In this document: piece after piece, positions 61,119 through 61,180 of the stretch | Numbering within the stretch: the first letter of the stretch is position 1 | How the letters are laid out: each line of letters begins with the position of its first letter | Notes under the pieces: generated by a model | Told to the model about the DNA's origin: nothing | What the model saw: only the letters and a program-made list of their open reading frames with translations | The model's database searches: none | From: Bacteroidota bacterium | GTDB lineage: Bacteria > Bacteroidota > Bacteroidia > Flavobacteriales > Flavobacteriaceae | DNA length: 61,180 nt | Assembly (NCBI GenBank): GCA_046048095.1 | Contig: JBJOGS010000029.1 | Location: 1 to 61,180 of the forward strand | Direction: 5' to 3' | Made by a program: the position numbers and the translations under genes

Positions 61119-61180
61119 TAATCAAGTTCAATGACGCATTGAGTTAGGTCTCTAAACACCTCAAGACGTTCAGTAATTTC
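61119..61180 (-). CDS. Possible 3' end (last 20 codons) of a minus-strand gene running off the window
   Basis: Open frame read from the right edge: ...EITERLEVFRDLTQCVIELD*, with its stop at 61119-61121. Too short to identify. Confidence 0.2.

Overview
Dense, mostly housekeeping 61.2-kb chromosomal segment. Gene content and operon layout suggest Bacteroidota, probably Flavobacteriia-like. Supporting traits: an atpZ-x-atpBEFHAG operon without atpD/atpC, long-form AtpB and PurF, a TSP3-OmpA protein, a Cys-rich PSP1 protein, a DUF4292-like lipoprotein next to an M23 peptidase, and an arg operon with an argF'-type carbamoyltransferase. All calls come from reading the ORF translations and the DNA by eye; no database searches were run. 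I support about 59 CDS, one tRNA-Ala(GGC), one clear intrinsic terminator and a few hairpins and repeats. Main blocks: (i) 1-1891, a glycosyltransferase / radical-SAM ArsS / AhpD-like peroxidase trio (arsenosugar-type cluster); (ii) 6014-11665, the F-type ATPase operon; (iii) 12112-16999, an envelope cluster (flippase, dut, nucleotidyltransferase, lipoprotein, M23 peptidase); (iv) 17-36 kb, core genes (dprA, trpS, plsC, recA, trhO, PBP1A, prolyl oligopeptidase, asd, alr, tdk, rsmI, recJ, lpxH); (v) 37.1-39.8 kb, the only accessory-looking stretch: a beta-barrel protein plus a compositionally mosaic lipoprotein, tRNA-Ala, and a repeat-flanked structured spacer; (vi) 41434-50137, a nine-gene translationally coupled arginine operon (GNAT-argG-argC-proC-argD-argF'-argB-argE-argH) preceded by a 241-nt leader; (vii) 50134-58514, a co-directional helicase-kbl-ompA-nuclease cluster, followed by sod and purF. 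No CRISPR array, transposase, integrase, or recognisable defence or toxin-antitoxin module was seen. The most novel-looking signal is an 18-codon, Arg-codon-rich leader ORF embedded in mutually exclusive RNA helices upstream of the arg operon. Second is the mosaic lipoprotein locus next to the tRNA.
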